NCBI GenBank assembly: GCA_031281945.1
Contig: JAITER010000020.1
Location: forward strand, 986-64,985
Length of the DNA stretch: 64,000 nt
Reading direction: 5' to 3'
DNA from: Spirochaetaceae bacterium
GTDB lineage: Bacteria; Spirochaetota; Spirochaetia; Treponematales; Breznakiellaceae
Shown: positions 18,901 to 27,045 of the stretch, piece by piece
Layout of the letters: every line of letters begins with the position of its first letter
Position numbering within the stretch: the stretch's first letter is position 1
The notes under the pieces: model-generated
Databases searched by the model: none
Seen by the model: the letters and a program-made list of their open reading frames with translations, nothing else
What the model was told of the DNA's origin: nothing
Translations under genes and position numbers: made by a program

Positions 18901-20283
18901 GCCGTTTATAACGAGGCCGGCGGGACTTTTACCATAACAGGCGGCTCCATTTCCGGCGCCAAGGCGGATAGAGACGGCGGCGCGATTTACAACGCCGGGA
19001 CTTTTACAATGACGGGCGGCTCCATTTCCAACAACACCGCATATAGCAACGGCGGGGCGGTTTTCAACGACAATGGTGCGCTTACAATGACGGGCGGCTC
19101 CATTTCCGGCAACAATGCTAGCAGTGGAGGCGGGGCGGTTTACAACAAAAAAGGAACGTTCACAATAAGAAACGGAGAGGTTTCCGCTAACAAGGCCAGC
19201 AATGCCGGCGGGATGGTTTACAACGAAGGCGGGGCGATTGAAATAGCGGGCGGGGCGGTTTCCGGCAACGGAGCCGGCAATGCGGGCGGGGCGGTTTTCA
19301 ACGACAACGGTACGCTTGCAATTACAGGCGGCTCCATTTCCGGCAACACGGCGAATAGCAATGGCGGGGCGGTTTTCAATACTTTAAAATTTACAATGAC
19401 AGGCGGCGAAATCAGCGGGAATACGGCGTCCGTTCAAAACGGCGGCGCGGTTTACAACGCCGGGACTTTTACAATGTCAGACGGCGAAATCAGCGGCGGT
19501 AACAAGGCCAAAAAAAGCGGCGGCGCGATTTACAACGAGGGGACGCTTGAAATTACAGGCGGCTCCATTTCCGGCGCCAAGGCGGATCTAAACGGCGGGG
19601 CGGTTTACAACATCGGCATGTTTACAATGTCGGGCGGGAAGCTTGATAGCAACAGTACCGGAGAAGGCGGCGCGATTTACAACGCCGGGATGTTTACAAT
19701 GACGGGCGGTTTTATTTCCAACAACAACTCCACCAACGGCGGCGGGGTTTTCAACGAAGATGGGACGTTTACCATGGAAGGCGGCGAAATTTCCGGCAAC
19801 AATGCTGGTAGTGGAGGCGGGGGAGTTTACAACAAAAAAGGAACGTTCACAATAAGAAACGGAGACGTCTCCGCTAACAGAGCCAGCAATGCCGGCGGGG
19901 CGGTTTACAACGAAAAGGGTACGATTGAAATGACGGGCGGGGCGTTTTACGAAAACATGGCGTATAACAACGGCGGCGGGGTTTTCAACGAAGATGAGAC
20001 GTTTACCATGGAAGGCGGCTCCATTTTCGGCAACACGGGGTATAACAGCGGCGGGGCGGTTTTCAACACCGGGACTTTTACAATGACAGACGGCGAAGTC
20101 AGCGGCAACACGGCGTATCAAGCCGGCGGCGCGATTTACAACACCAAGACGTTTACAATGACAGGCGGCTACATTTCCGGTAACAGCGCCAGTATAGGCG
20201 GCGCGATTTGCAACAATAGTGGCGCTGAATGCGCCATTGCCGATTACAATTTTATAGCGCCCGACAACGATATTAAATTGTAA
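15967..20283 (+). CDS. Giant surface lipoprotein with polymorphic-outer-membrane-protein (Pmp)-type repeats; probably phase-variable
   Basis: 1438-codon open frame. Lipoprotein signal KAFLLFCAFILILAFSGC. The C-terminal ~600 aa holds more than 20 repeats of GGAIYN/GGAVFN...FTMTGGxISGN, matching Pmp repeat motifs. No C-terminal autotransporter barrel is evident. The only in-frame start is a TTG directly after C16, and the upstream ATG 15929 is out of frame at this tract length. Confidence 0.85.
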   Translation: MKAFLLFCAFILILAFSGCGAEINPDFEGFIKNELRKVHTMTYSVVDVKITLPPYRDVYEMGEAWAPVNPDNPEDGIEAAVTIGGGTVYPYYFESFNSQTNILTMKGEDGKSLSFRLDGFNTASEGSRRLRLTALNGAGEDLKTPVLPADYLWKFEREGETLFCDLDYKVVKLGGLDGDIGLSFYLGGFGGVYANVERFDIGEEIGGVVRAAPGYRLKDGGLKCVGAYLSGGMDIWVGEGVWKSEASWNGLEYPFSFKINAENMKMLCDVELFAAFEMEEYAMTLPAAAEGGRVIAVEVNETAYDAGEGGLFPVSLRMGDRVRLVMKADSGWVLSKDGVSYEADRFGSFTIPSGYTDASSGDSAGEFLCPASNIKVRVVFEDLTISYITASGYKSSYGLYDQFDGGGISVNGVMSDRNSQVVDLTDEAEFESGGWNNNAERHFDKPGKWEVIVRARGKMTVFVVNVSGEDFVAARTVGGARVFYKSVRAAIDAAAASGDASSTISLVSDVTVKNSAPYGPKEEAPVLIGGGVNVVINSSGGERTIKLADEFSGFIFKVESGASLTLEGGAGSLTLSGGAVWGPEAGGGGAVNQGFLSYGPLVRVEGGVFTLKDAVALRNNQYAGGDGGGVAILYGTFNMLGGVIESCAAPSGGGVYLIDGEFNFSGGEISGNFAANSGGGFYLIDGEFNFSGGEISGNFALSGGGVYNSGGSLKMNGGVIYGNKAGTGSGVYNAGAFTVMGGSALIAANNDFYANGNHGIKVEAPLEAQKAAVITPGNYNDANSVLVDVDSIADDFQAAAQINKFSLTPNASGEIYFLKSSNPGRGKIVSAAFSRGSAGLTLYYQDLQTALAEAAYSDEITVLKNAEDVGEDVFIQKFITLKPAAGKNIKLTASFTAESGGALRLSGNSGGVLTLTPSNSFTSAVSVENGGSFILAGGAVISGGAAQRSVSLARINSGGVFRMDGGELKEADVEGYGGAVYNEAGGTFTITGGSISGAKADRDGGAIYNAGTFTMTGGSISNNTAYSNGGAVFNDNGALTMTGGSISGNNASSGGGAVYNKKGTFTIRNGEVSANKASNAGGMVYNEGGAIEIAGGAVSGNGAGNAGGAVFNDNGTLAITGGSISGNTANSNGGAVFNTLKFTMTGGEISGNTASVQNGGAVYNAGTFTMSDGEISGGNKAKKSGGAIYNEGTLEITGGSISGAKADLNGGAVYNIGMFTMSGGKLDSNSTGEGGAIYNAGMFTMTGGFISNNNSTNGGGVFNEDGTFTMEGGEISGNNAGSGGGGVYNKKGTFTIRNGDVSANRASNAGGAVYNEKGTIEMTGGAFYENMAYNNGGGVFNEDETFTMEGGSIFGNTGYNSGGAVFNTGTFTMTDGEVSGNTAYQAGGAIYNTKTFTMTGGYISGNSASIGGAICNNSGAECAIADYNFIAPDNDIKL

Positions 20284-20474
20284 TCGTAGCGCTAATAATC
20301 CCATACACGCATAACGCCGGCTTTAGCTTGGGTTTTAAGCGTCTTTAAGTCTAATTGACGGGGGGCGGCGTTTAATCGCGTTAGTTTTTTAATGGCGCCG
20401 AAACCGTAAACGCCTGCGGCGCAAGCGTAAAGTAAAGTTGCGCAATCAAACGAAAGACTATAAGATTAAAATAA

Positions 20475-21596
20475 ATGAGAGTAGATTTTATTTTTAATTC
20501 GCGGCCTTCCTCCGCTTTTATTCAGCAGAATTTCCCGCTTCCGGACGAAGTTTTACGCGAATATGGCGCCGCGCCTAAAAACGTTATTGTTGTTTGCGAC
20601 TCGAACACCCGCGTTTACGCCGGCCCTTTTGAAAAAGCCGGTTGCAATTTATGCGTTATTGGCGCCGGGGAAGACGAAAAAAACTGGGATTCCGTTAATC
20701 TTATACTTCAGCGCGCTTTTGCTTCCGGCCTTGGCAGGGACTCCCTTTTCCTTGGCGTTGGCGGCGGCGTGATAACAGACCTAACGTCTTTCGCGGCGTC
20801 CATATACATGAGGTCTGTAAATCTCGCCTTAATTTCCACCACCCTCCTGGGCATGACGGATGCGGCTTTGGGCGGCAAAACCGGAATAGACGTTTTCGGC
20901 GTAAAAAACCTGGCCGGAACTTTTTACGGCGCAAGATTTATTTGGACGCCGCTTGACGCGCTAAAAACCCTGCCGGCGCGTGAATGGAAATCCGGCTTCG
21001 CCGAAATAATCAAAACCGCTATTTTGGACGAAACGAAAGCTTTTACAGACGCGGATGCGGACGCTGAAGCGGACGGCTGGATAAAAGATTTTTACGCGCT
21101 AAAACCTTTTTTTGACGCAAACGATTTTAAATGCGTAGACGGGCGGGGCTTAAAAAAAATAGTGAGCGCCGCGATAGAGGTAAAGGGCCGCATTGTAGAA
21201 GCCGATCCGTTGGAAAAAGGCGTTCTTAGGGCGAAATTGAATTTGGGGCATACTTTCGGCCACGCCCTGGAAAGCGCGGCGGGGCTGGGCGGCCTTTCTC
21301 ACGGCGAGGCCGTCGCCTGGGGAGTCGCAAAGGCCTGCGAACTGGGCGCGCGCCTTAAAATAACTCCGCCCGCCCGCGCCGCTGTTATAACCGGCCTGCT
21401 TAAAGACCTGGGCTACGAAACCGGCTCCCCGCACCCCCGGTTAAAAGATGAACGCGCTTTTATTACCGCCCTTATGGGAGACAAAAAGAAAAAAAACGGT
21501 TGTTTGCGTTTTATAACGCCCGGTGAAAAAGGCGCGCAAATTGTGGACGTTCACGATGAGGGCTTGGGCGAAATTAAAAAAATAACCGGAATATGA
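20475..21596 (+). CDS. aroB: 3-dehydroquinate synthase
   Basis: 373 aa. GVGGGVITDLTSFAASIYMRSVNLALISTTLLGMTDAALGGKTGID and NLGHTFGHALE are typical AroB motifs. Confidence 0.9.
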   Translation: MRVDFIFNSRPSSAFIQQNFPLPDEVLREYGAAPKNVIVVCDSNTRVYAGPFEKAGCNLCVIGAGEDEKNWDSVNLILQRAFASGLGRDSLFLGVGGGVITDLTSFAASIYMRSVNLALISTTLLGMTDAALGGKTGIDVFGVKNLAGTFYGARFIWTPLDALKTLPAREWKSGFAEIIKTAILDETKAFTDADADAEADGWIKDFYALKPFFDANDFKCVDGRGLKKIVSAAIEVKGRIVEADPLEKGVLRAKLNLGHTFGHALESAAGLGGLSHGEAVAWGVAKACELGARLKITPPARAAVITGLLKDLGYETGSPHPRLKDERAFITALMGDKKKKNGCLRFITPGEKGAQIVDVHDEGLGEIKKITGI

Positions 21597-23227
21597 ATCT
21601 GCGCGAAATCCTAAAAACAGGTTGCGCGGCGTTTTTTTTGATGTTCGCGCCTTTTGACGCCCTGCTTGCGGAAGACGCTCTGGAAGCTGGAAGCGTATTT
21701 CAAATACAGGAAATCGAATACCATATAAGCGGCAGGACTAAAGAATCGGCGTTAACCGAAGCGGCGGGTATAAAAAAAGGGGCCGTTTTTAAAAACGAAG
21801 AATCTTTGCTGGAATACCTAAACCAAAAAAAACAGGCGCTTGTCAACACCAGAATTTTTTCAACCGTAAATATTGAATACGCGCCGTTGGACGATTTCGC
21901 GGCGAGCGGCGCCGTTAAAGTTGACGTATATACAACCGATACATTGAATTTTTTGATAACGCCGTATCCAAAATACGATTCAAACACCGGCTTTTTGTTA
22001 AAGTTAAGAATGTACGACAGCAATATATTCGGTTTAATGTCGCTTTTAAAAGCTGATTTGGGCTGGTCTTATTCGCAGGACGTTCCAGGTTCCGGTTTTA
22101 AGAATTCAGCTCTCGCCGCGATAGACGCGGTTATTCCTTTTACAGCCGCCGGATTGCGTTGGGAAGCCTCCATTTTTAGCGACAACGTTTTTTCTTTTGA
22201 CAAAGAAACGCCTTTTCAGTCGGAAAACGTTGTCGGGATTTCCGCTAATTTTAACTTTGGACGTATGGTTTTAACGGCTGGTTTTAATGAAACCATCATA
22301 ACGCCGTCTTTAAATGAAGCGCGGCAAGTTGAGCGCGTAGACGGCGATTTTAAAATAGACGAACAATTAAACAAAGATGAATACATAATAAACAAAACAA
22401 AGCGCGTGCTGGACGAATGGCTATTGTCTTCCAATCCTTATGTAAACTTGAAGATTCCGGTTAAGCATGAATTTTTTGAACCTCTTGGAGCGGCTTTAAA
22501 AATGGGGCTTGGCGCCTCTTTTAATTACGCTCCATTCGTTCAAATATCAGATGAAAACGGCGGCGCGTCCATTATCGCCATGCAACAAATTGGATACACA
22601 AAAATAGACTGGCTTGGAAACATCAGGAACGGAAGCCTCGCGTACATACAAAACGATTCCGCTTATAATTTTATAAAAGGGGCCTTTAGCGGGTCTGTTT
22701 CCGCCGTCTTTACGCGCCACAAAAAAATTACGGATTTTTTTGGTTTTTCGGTTCGTTTAAAGTATAAACAATGGTTTAACAGCGATAAGAGCTACACTTT
22801 ACAAAGTTCAGGCGAAGGCGGGGCCGTTTTACGCGGGGTTAGGGACAAATCGATTTTATCTGATTTATCTTTTTCAGCAAACCTGGATTTTCCTTTTCTT
22901 TTGTTTGTTTTCACCCCCTCCGAATGGTTTGATAAAAAATCTTTAAGGTATTTTAATTTTGAGCTTTATTGCAGTCCAATTTTAGATTGCGCGTTTATAA
23001 AAGGGACGCAGTTTAATTCCATTTCAAATGAACAAAAAAATATAAATATAAATTTTAGCGATATGTTTATCACCGGAGGCATGGAATTTATTTTTTTCCC
23101 TCTTTCCTGGCGCAGTCTTTATTTAAGATTTAGCCTTGCTTTTAATATGCGCGAAATGATTTCTTTAGGCGCGGTTCCTTCTGCTGACGGGCGGGAAATT
23201 TTTATAGGAATAGGGAGTTATTATTAG
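21593..23227 (+). CDS. Omp85/BamA-TamA-like outer membrane protein (POTRA plus beta-barrel)
   Basis: 544 aa with an ATGA overlap with aroB. It has a signal peptide and a POTRA-like N-terminus (FQIQEIEYHISGRTKESALTEAAGIKKGAVFKNEESLLEYLNQKKQALVNTRIF). The rest is long, with alternating aromatic residues, and ends GIGSYY. Confidence 0.55.
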   Translation: MNLREILKTGCAAFFLMFAPFDALLAEDALEAGSVFQIQEIEYHISGRTKESALTEAAGIKKGAVFKNEESLLEYLNQKKQALVNTRIFSTVNIEYAPLDDFAASGAVKVDVYTTDTLNFLITPYPKYDSNTGFLLKLRMYDSNIFGLMSLLKADLGWSYSQDVPGSGFKNSALAAIDAVIPFTAAGLRWEASIFSDNVFSFDKETPFQSENVVGISANFNFGRMVLTAGFNETIITPSLNEARQVERVDGDFKIDEQLNKDEYIINKTKRVLDEWLLSSNPYVNLKIPVKHEFFEPLGAALKMGLGASFNYAPFVQISDENGGASIIAMQQIGYTKIDWLGNIRNGSLAYIQNDSAYNFIKGAFSGSVSAVFTRHKKITDFFGFSVRLKYKQWFNSDKSYTLQSSGEGGAVLRGVRDKSILSDLSFSANLDFPFLLFVFTPSEWFDKKSLRYFNFELYCSPILDCAFIKGTQFNSISNEQKNININFSDMFITGGMEFIFFPLSWRSLYLRFSLAFNMREMISLGAVPSADGREIFIGIGSYY

Positions 23228-23230
23228 AAT

Positions 23231-24340
23231 ATGAAGATGGCGATAGACTGCCGTGTGCTGGGTTCGAGCGGAATTGGAACGTTTTTAAAAGGCGTTCTGC
23301 CTTACTTTTTTAAAACCGGAATTTCTTTTTTAATTATTACAAATAAAAAAAACTACAATTTTATTTATGATTTATCGCAAAAAAACGCGGCGGAAGAAAA
23401 CTGCTTGCAAAGGCCCGAAAGAGAATTCTTTATTTGGAACGAAAAGCCTTTTTCATTATCCGAAATCTGCAAACCGCCGGCGGCGTTGATAAAAAAAATA
23501 AATTCCTGCAACGTTTACTGGTCTCCTTTTTTTAATATTCCGCGCGGAATTAAAATTAGTGTGTATACAACGATACACGACATTATTTTTCCTGATTTTC
23601 CCGGCATAACAAGCAGGGCCGGTCTCGCCGCGCGTATGTTTTTTTTTAACAGATGTTTTAAACTTTCCGCCCGCGTCTTTACGGTTTCCGGTTTTTCGGC
23701 GTCCCGTATAAGATTTTACAGCCAAAACATAAACAGGAACTTAAAAATAGTTGTGTGCGGAACCGCGGCGGACGAAGGCGTTAGAAGCGGCGGAGTGGTT
23801 GGAAACATAAAAAAAACAAAAACTATTCTTTTTGTCGGAAATATAAAAAAACACAAGGGCCTTTTTACGCTGATTAAAGCTTTTCAAAACGCCAAAAAAC
23901 AGGGGCTTACTCACAAGCTTATAATAGCCGGCGAAAAAGAAAATTTTAGAACAAAAGACGCCCGTGTTTTAGCCGCGTTAAAAGACTCAGGCGATGATAT
24001 TGTTTTTACAGGCTTTCTTGGAGAGGAAGAATTATCAGTTTTGTATAAAGAAGCCGCGCTTTTAGTCCAACCGTCTTTATACGAAGGTTTCGGGCTGCCT
24101 CCCATGGAAGCGATGTTGCATGGAACCTTGGCGCTCATATCTGACATTCCGGTTTTTAAGGAAGTATACGCCGGCTTTCCCGTCCATTTTTTTCAAGCCG
24201 GAAATGAAAAAAAACTTGAAGAACAACTTGTTTCCCTTTTGCGTAACAAAGAACCGCAAACGGTGGTTTTAACTCAAGCGCAAAAAGAAAAATATACATT
24301 CCAAAAGACGTCTTTACGCATACTGGGCGAAATCACTTAA
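23231..24340 (+). CDS. Glycosyltransferase, GT4 family (GT-B fold)
   Basis: 369 aa. The C-terminal signature LVQPSLYEGFGLPPMEAMLHGTLALISDIPVFKEV (E-x7-E type) is present. Confidence 0.85.
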   Translation: MKMAIDCRVLGSSGIGTFLKGVLPYFFKTGISFLIITNKKNYNFIYDLSQKNAAEENCLQRPEREFFIWNEKPFSLSEICKPPAALIKKINSCNVYWSPFFNIPRGIKISVYTTIHDIIFPDFPGITSRAGLAARMFFFNRCFKLSARVFTVSGFSASRIRFYSQNINRNLKIVVCGTAADEGVRSGGVVGNIKKTKTILFVGNIKKHKGLFTLIKAFQNAKKQGLTHKLIIAGEKENFRTKDARVLAALKDSGDDIVFTGFLGEEELSVLYKEAALLVQPSLYEGFGLPPMEAMLHGTLALISDIPVFKEVYAGFPVHFFQAGNEKKLEEQLVSLLRNKEPQTVVLTQAQKEKYTFQKTSLRILGEIT

Positions 24341-24577
24341 AAAACCTGCGTTTGCGCTTCTTTACAACATTTATTCTGGCTCTACGCCGCGCACGCCGCG
24401 ATATTTACGCCTCACGGGCGGCGCGCGAATTGTCCGGGTTTTTCAGCGCCCGGCTTTAATTGGGCGCAAAATGGTAAAGTCCAACCACAATTATTGCTTG
24501 CGGAAAAACGCGGGATAAAGCTTCAAATTTGGCTTAAAATAAAAAAATTAGGCGGAAGCGGAAGTTGCGGATGATTG

Positions 24578-25153
24578 TTAAGAAATGGATTTAGATTCGC
24601 CCTGCGAATCGGTTTGGGTCAAACGTTCCGGTTCCGGGCTGTTTTGGGGGAGGCCGGCGCGGCTTTGACTGCCGCTTGTTTTTTTTACAGACGAAGCGGT
24701 TTTTAGTTTTTTTCCGGCGGAAGGCGCGGATTTTTGTTGTTGTTTAATAGCCTCGTGTACGCTTTCGGCGTCGTGGTGTTCCGCGAGCGCCGATTGCCAT
24801 TTTTCATCATCCTTGCAAACCACGATTTTGCCATGAACTATGCCGCCATTGTCTATTTGAATACGGCGGGTGATAATGTCGCCAATTATAAGGCTTGTAG
24901 AAAGAAGGGTGAGGCGATCCGCCGCTATTACGTTTCCGTAGACGATTCCGCCTATAGTTATGGCCGTGCCGCTTATACTGCTTTTAAGGCAGGCTTTCTC
25001 GCCTATGACGATGCGCCCTTTGGCGGTAACGTCTCCGTGAACAGCCCCGTCGACACGGGCGAAACCGGCCACTTCAACATCGCCCCACACGCTTGTGTTT
25101 GGGCCTATAATCGTATTAATGAAATAATCGGAGCGATTAACTTTTTGCGCCAT
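24578..25153 (-). CDS. Bactofilin (polymer-forming cytoskeletal protein)
   Basis: 191 aa. Bactofilin beta-helix repeats are present (GDVEVAGFARVDGAVHGDVTAKGRIVIGEKACLKSSISGTAITIGGIVYGNVIA...). The C-terminal tail is low complexity. Confidence 0.85.
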   Translation of the reverse strand: MAQKVNRSDYFINTIIGPNTSVWGDVEVAGFARVDGAVHGDVTAKGRIVIGEKACLKSSISGTAITIGGIVYGNVIAADRLTLLSTSLIIGDIITRRIQIDNGGIVHGKIVVCKDDEKWQSALAEHHDAESVHEAIKQQQKSAPSAGKKLKTASSVKKTSGSQSRAGLPQNSPEPERLTQTDSQGESKSIS

Positions 25154-26159
25154 TTAAATTCACGCGACCTACCGTAGAACGAATATTCAGGAATTTGTAT
25201 GGATCAACGACGTCGGAGCCTATGTGCACTTCGTAATGAAGATGGGGGCCGGTGGAGCGGCCTGTGTTGCCTATGTAGCCTATGGTTTCACCTTGCTGAA
25301 CCCACTGTCCGGTGCGCACGGCGAATTGCATAAGATGCCCGTAACGGGTGTAAAACCCGTGTTTATGGCGTATTATTATGTAGTTTCCGAAACCGCTATC
25401 GGCGTCAACCGTTACGATCTGCCCGTCGGCGGTGGCGACTATAGGATCGCCTTGGCGGTATGTGGAAAGGTCTATGCCTTTGTGAACGTACAACTGTCCG
25501 GTGAAAGGGTCGGCGTTTTCGCCGAAAAACATGGAAATATGGCCGATTCCGCCTTTAATGGGCCAAATATTTGGCACTTCGGAAAGCAAAGCGCTTTGTG
25601 ATTCCAGAAGCGTTCCCATTTCTTTAATTGGTTTTACGGCGCGGGAAAGGTAGTTGGCGAAATTTTTAATTTCGTCTGTTTCGCGCAATCTGCCGTCCGC
25701 TGTTTCGTGCGTGTCGAAGAAAGATGAAAGGTCGCCGGAAGTAGCCTGGGTTTCGGGGTCGCGGACGGGGTCTATGCCTAGAGTGTTAAACACTCCCGAA
25801 AGAACCGTTTGAAAGTTTCTTGTTTCCTGCCATAATGAAGCCATCTCGTCCCGCAATTGGTCTAAACTTGCCTGCGCGTTCTTTAACTGGGCGTCTTTAT
25901 CCGAATAGGCGTTTTTGTGGGATCTGTACGAAGCGCCGTACCATAAAAACGAACCGGCCACGCCGCTAAGAAGAACCGCTAAAATACAAATTGAAAAAAA
26001 TGTAACATGAAAATTGTAAACCTTGCGCTCTGAATGAGGCACGAATACAATAGTATAGCGGCGTTTGAATAGGCTATAAATAGCTTTGAAAAAATTAGCC
26101 GCTGATCGCGCAAAGGAAACGGCCAGAGTTTTAACTTTTTTTACAAAGTTATTCTCCAT
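25137..26159 (-). CDS. M23 family metallopeptidase with N-terminal TM and coiled-coil region
   Basis: HKGIDLS, GNYIIIRHKHGFYTRYGHL and GNTGRSTGPHLHYEVH motifs are present. The stop overlaps the bactofilin start by 17 nt. The start is uncertain: ATG 26159 or TTG 26201. Confidence 0.85.
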   Translation of the reverse strand: MENNFVKKVKTLAVSFARSAANFFKAIYSLFKRRYTIVFVPHSERKVYNFHVTFFSICILAVLLSGVAGSFLWYGASYRSHKNAYSDKDAQLKNAQASLDQLRDEMASLWQETRNFQTVLSGVFNTLGIDPVRDPETQATSGDLSSFFDTHETADGRLRETDEIKNFANYLSRAVKPIKEMGTLLESQSALLSEVPNIWPIKGGIGHISMFFGENADPFTGQLYVHKGIDLSTYRQGDPIVATADGQIVTVDADSGFGNYIIIRHKHGFYTRYGHLMQFAVRTGQWVQQGETIGYIGNTGRSTGPHLHYEVHIGSDVVDPYKFLNIRSTVGRVNLNGAKS

Positions 26160-26398
26160 TCGTTTATAATCATGTACTTTTACCACAATTTTCCATCCCA
26201 AGATATTTTCGGCATTTTTTTACCGAAACTTTAGAAGTTTTTTTAGATTACACCCGCGATAGAAAAAAGTCAACGCCTAAGTTTTGTTATGGAGCCGGCG
26301 CCTGTGTTGGCCGGAAGCCGCGCCCCGCGAAAGCGGGCGCGGGATTGGAGTAAAACCGCGCCTGGCAATGAAGAACGCCGTTTGAAACAAAGCGGCGC

Positions 26399-27045
26399 GG
26401 AAAACTTTTGGTGGGTCTGGGAGGCCTAGGCCTCCCAGCGGGGGGGGGGGGGTGGCGGAACGTGCTCAAAGTATCGTGCGCACTCACGCCCAGCGGCGCC
26501 GCAAACTTGTGGGGGGTCTGGGAGGCCTAGGCCTCCCAGCGGGGCCGTCCGCCTTTTCTACGGCTGGGGCCATTATCGGGCCCCACGCTGGGCCGCCTGA
26601 TACGGTGGGACGCGCTCAAAGTATCGTGCGCATTCACGCCCAGCGGCGGGGCCGGTCGCCTTCTTTACAGCGGGGGCCATTATCGGGCCACGCGCTGTGC
26701 CGCCTGGGTTGGCGGGCCGCGCTCAAAGTATCGCGCGCATTCACGCCCAGCGGGGGAACTGGGGGCGGAGCCCCCAGCGGCAACCAAGACGCGAGCCGCT
26801 ATCGGCCCCACGCTGTGCCGCCTGGGGTGGGGGCCGCGCTCAAAGTATCGTGCGCACTCACGTCCAGCGGGGCCGGTCGCCTTCTTTACAGCGGGGGCCA
26901 TTATCGAGCCCCCGCTGTGCCGCCTGATACGGTGGGACGCGCTCAAAGTATCGCGCGCACTCACGCCCAGCGGGGGAACTGGGGGCGGAGCCCCCAGCGG
27001 CAACCAAGACGCGAGCCGTCGCCCTGGGTTAGCCGGACGCGGCGC
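26399..27045. repeat. GC-rich mosaic tandem repeat cluster (BIME-like), non-coding
   Basis: A ~37-bp core, GCTCAAAGTATCG(T/C)GCGCA(C/T)TCACG(C/T)CCAGCGG, starts at 26464, 26614, 26721, 26838 and 26941. It is interleaved with three recurring modules. These include the palindromes ctgggaggcctaggcctcccag (twice) and ctgggggcggagcccccag (twice). A G13 tract lies at 26440-26452. Confidence 0.9.

Noticed and set aside
19588-20304. 238-aa antisense ORF, and other antisense ORFs inside the two giant lipoprotein genes (for example 10796-11332, 11522-11851, 12080-12628, 13631-13867).
   Set aside because: These are mirror-frame artefacts of GGN/GCN-rich repeat coding sequence. The sense frames carry signal peptides and recognisable repeat motifs, and the antisense ones carry none.
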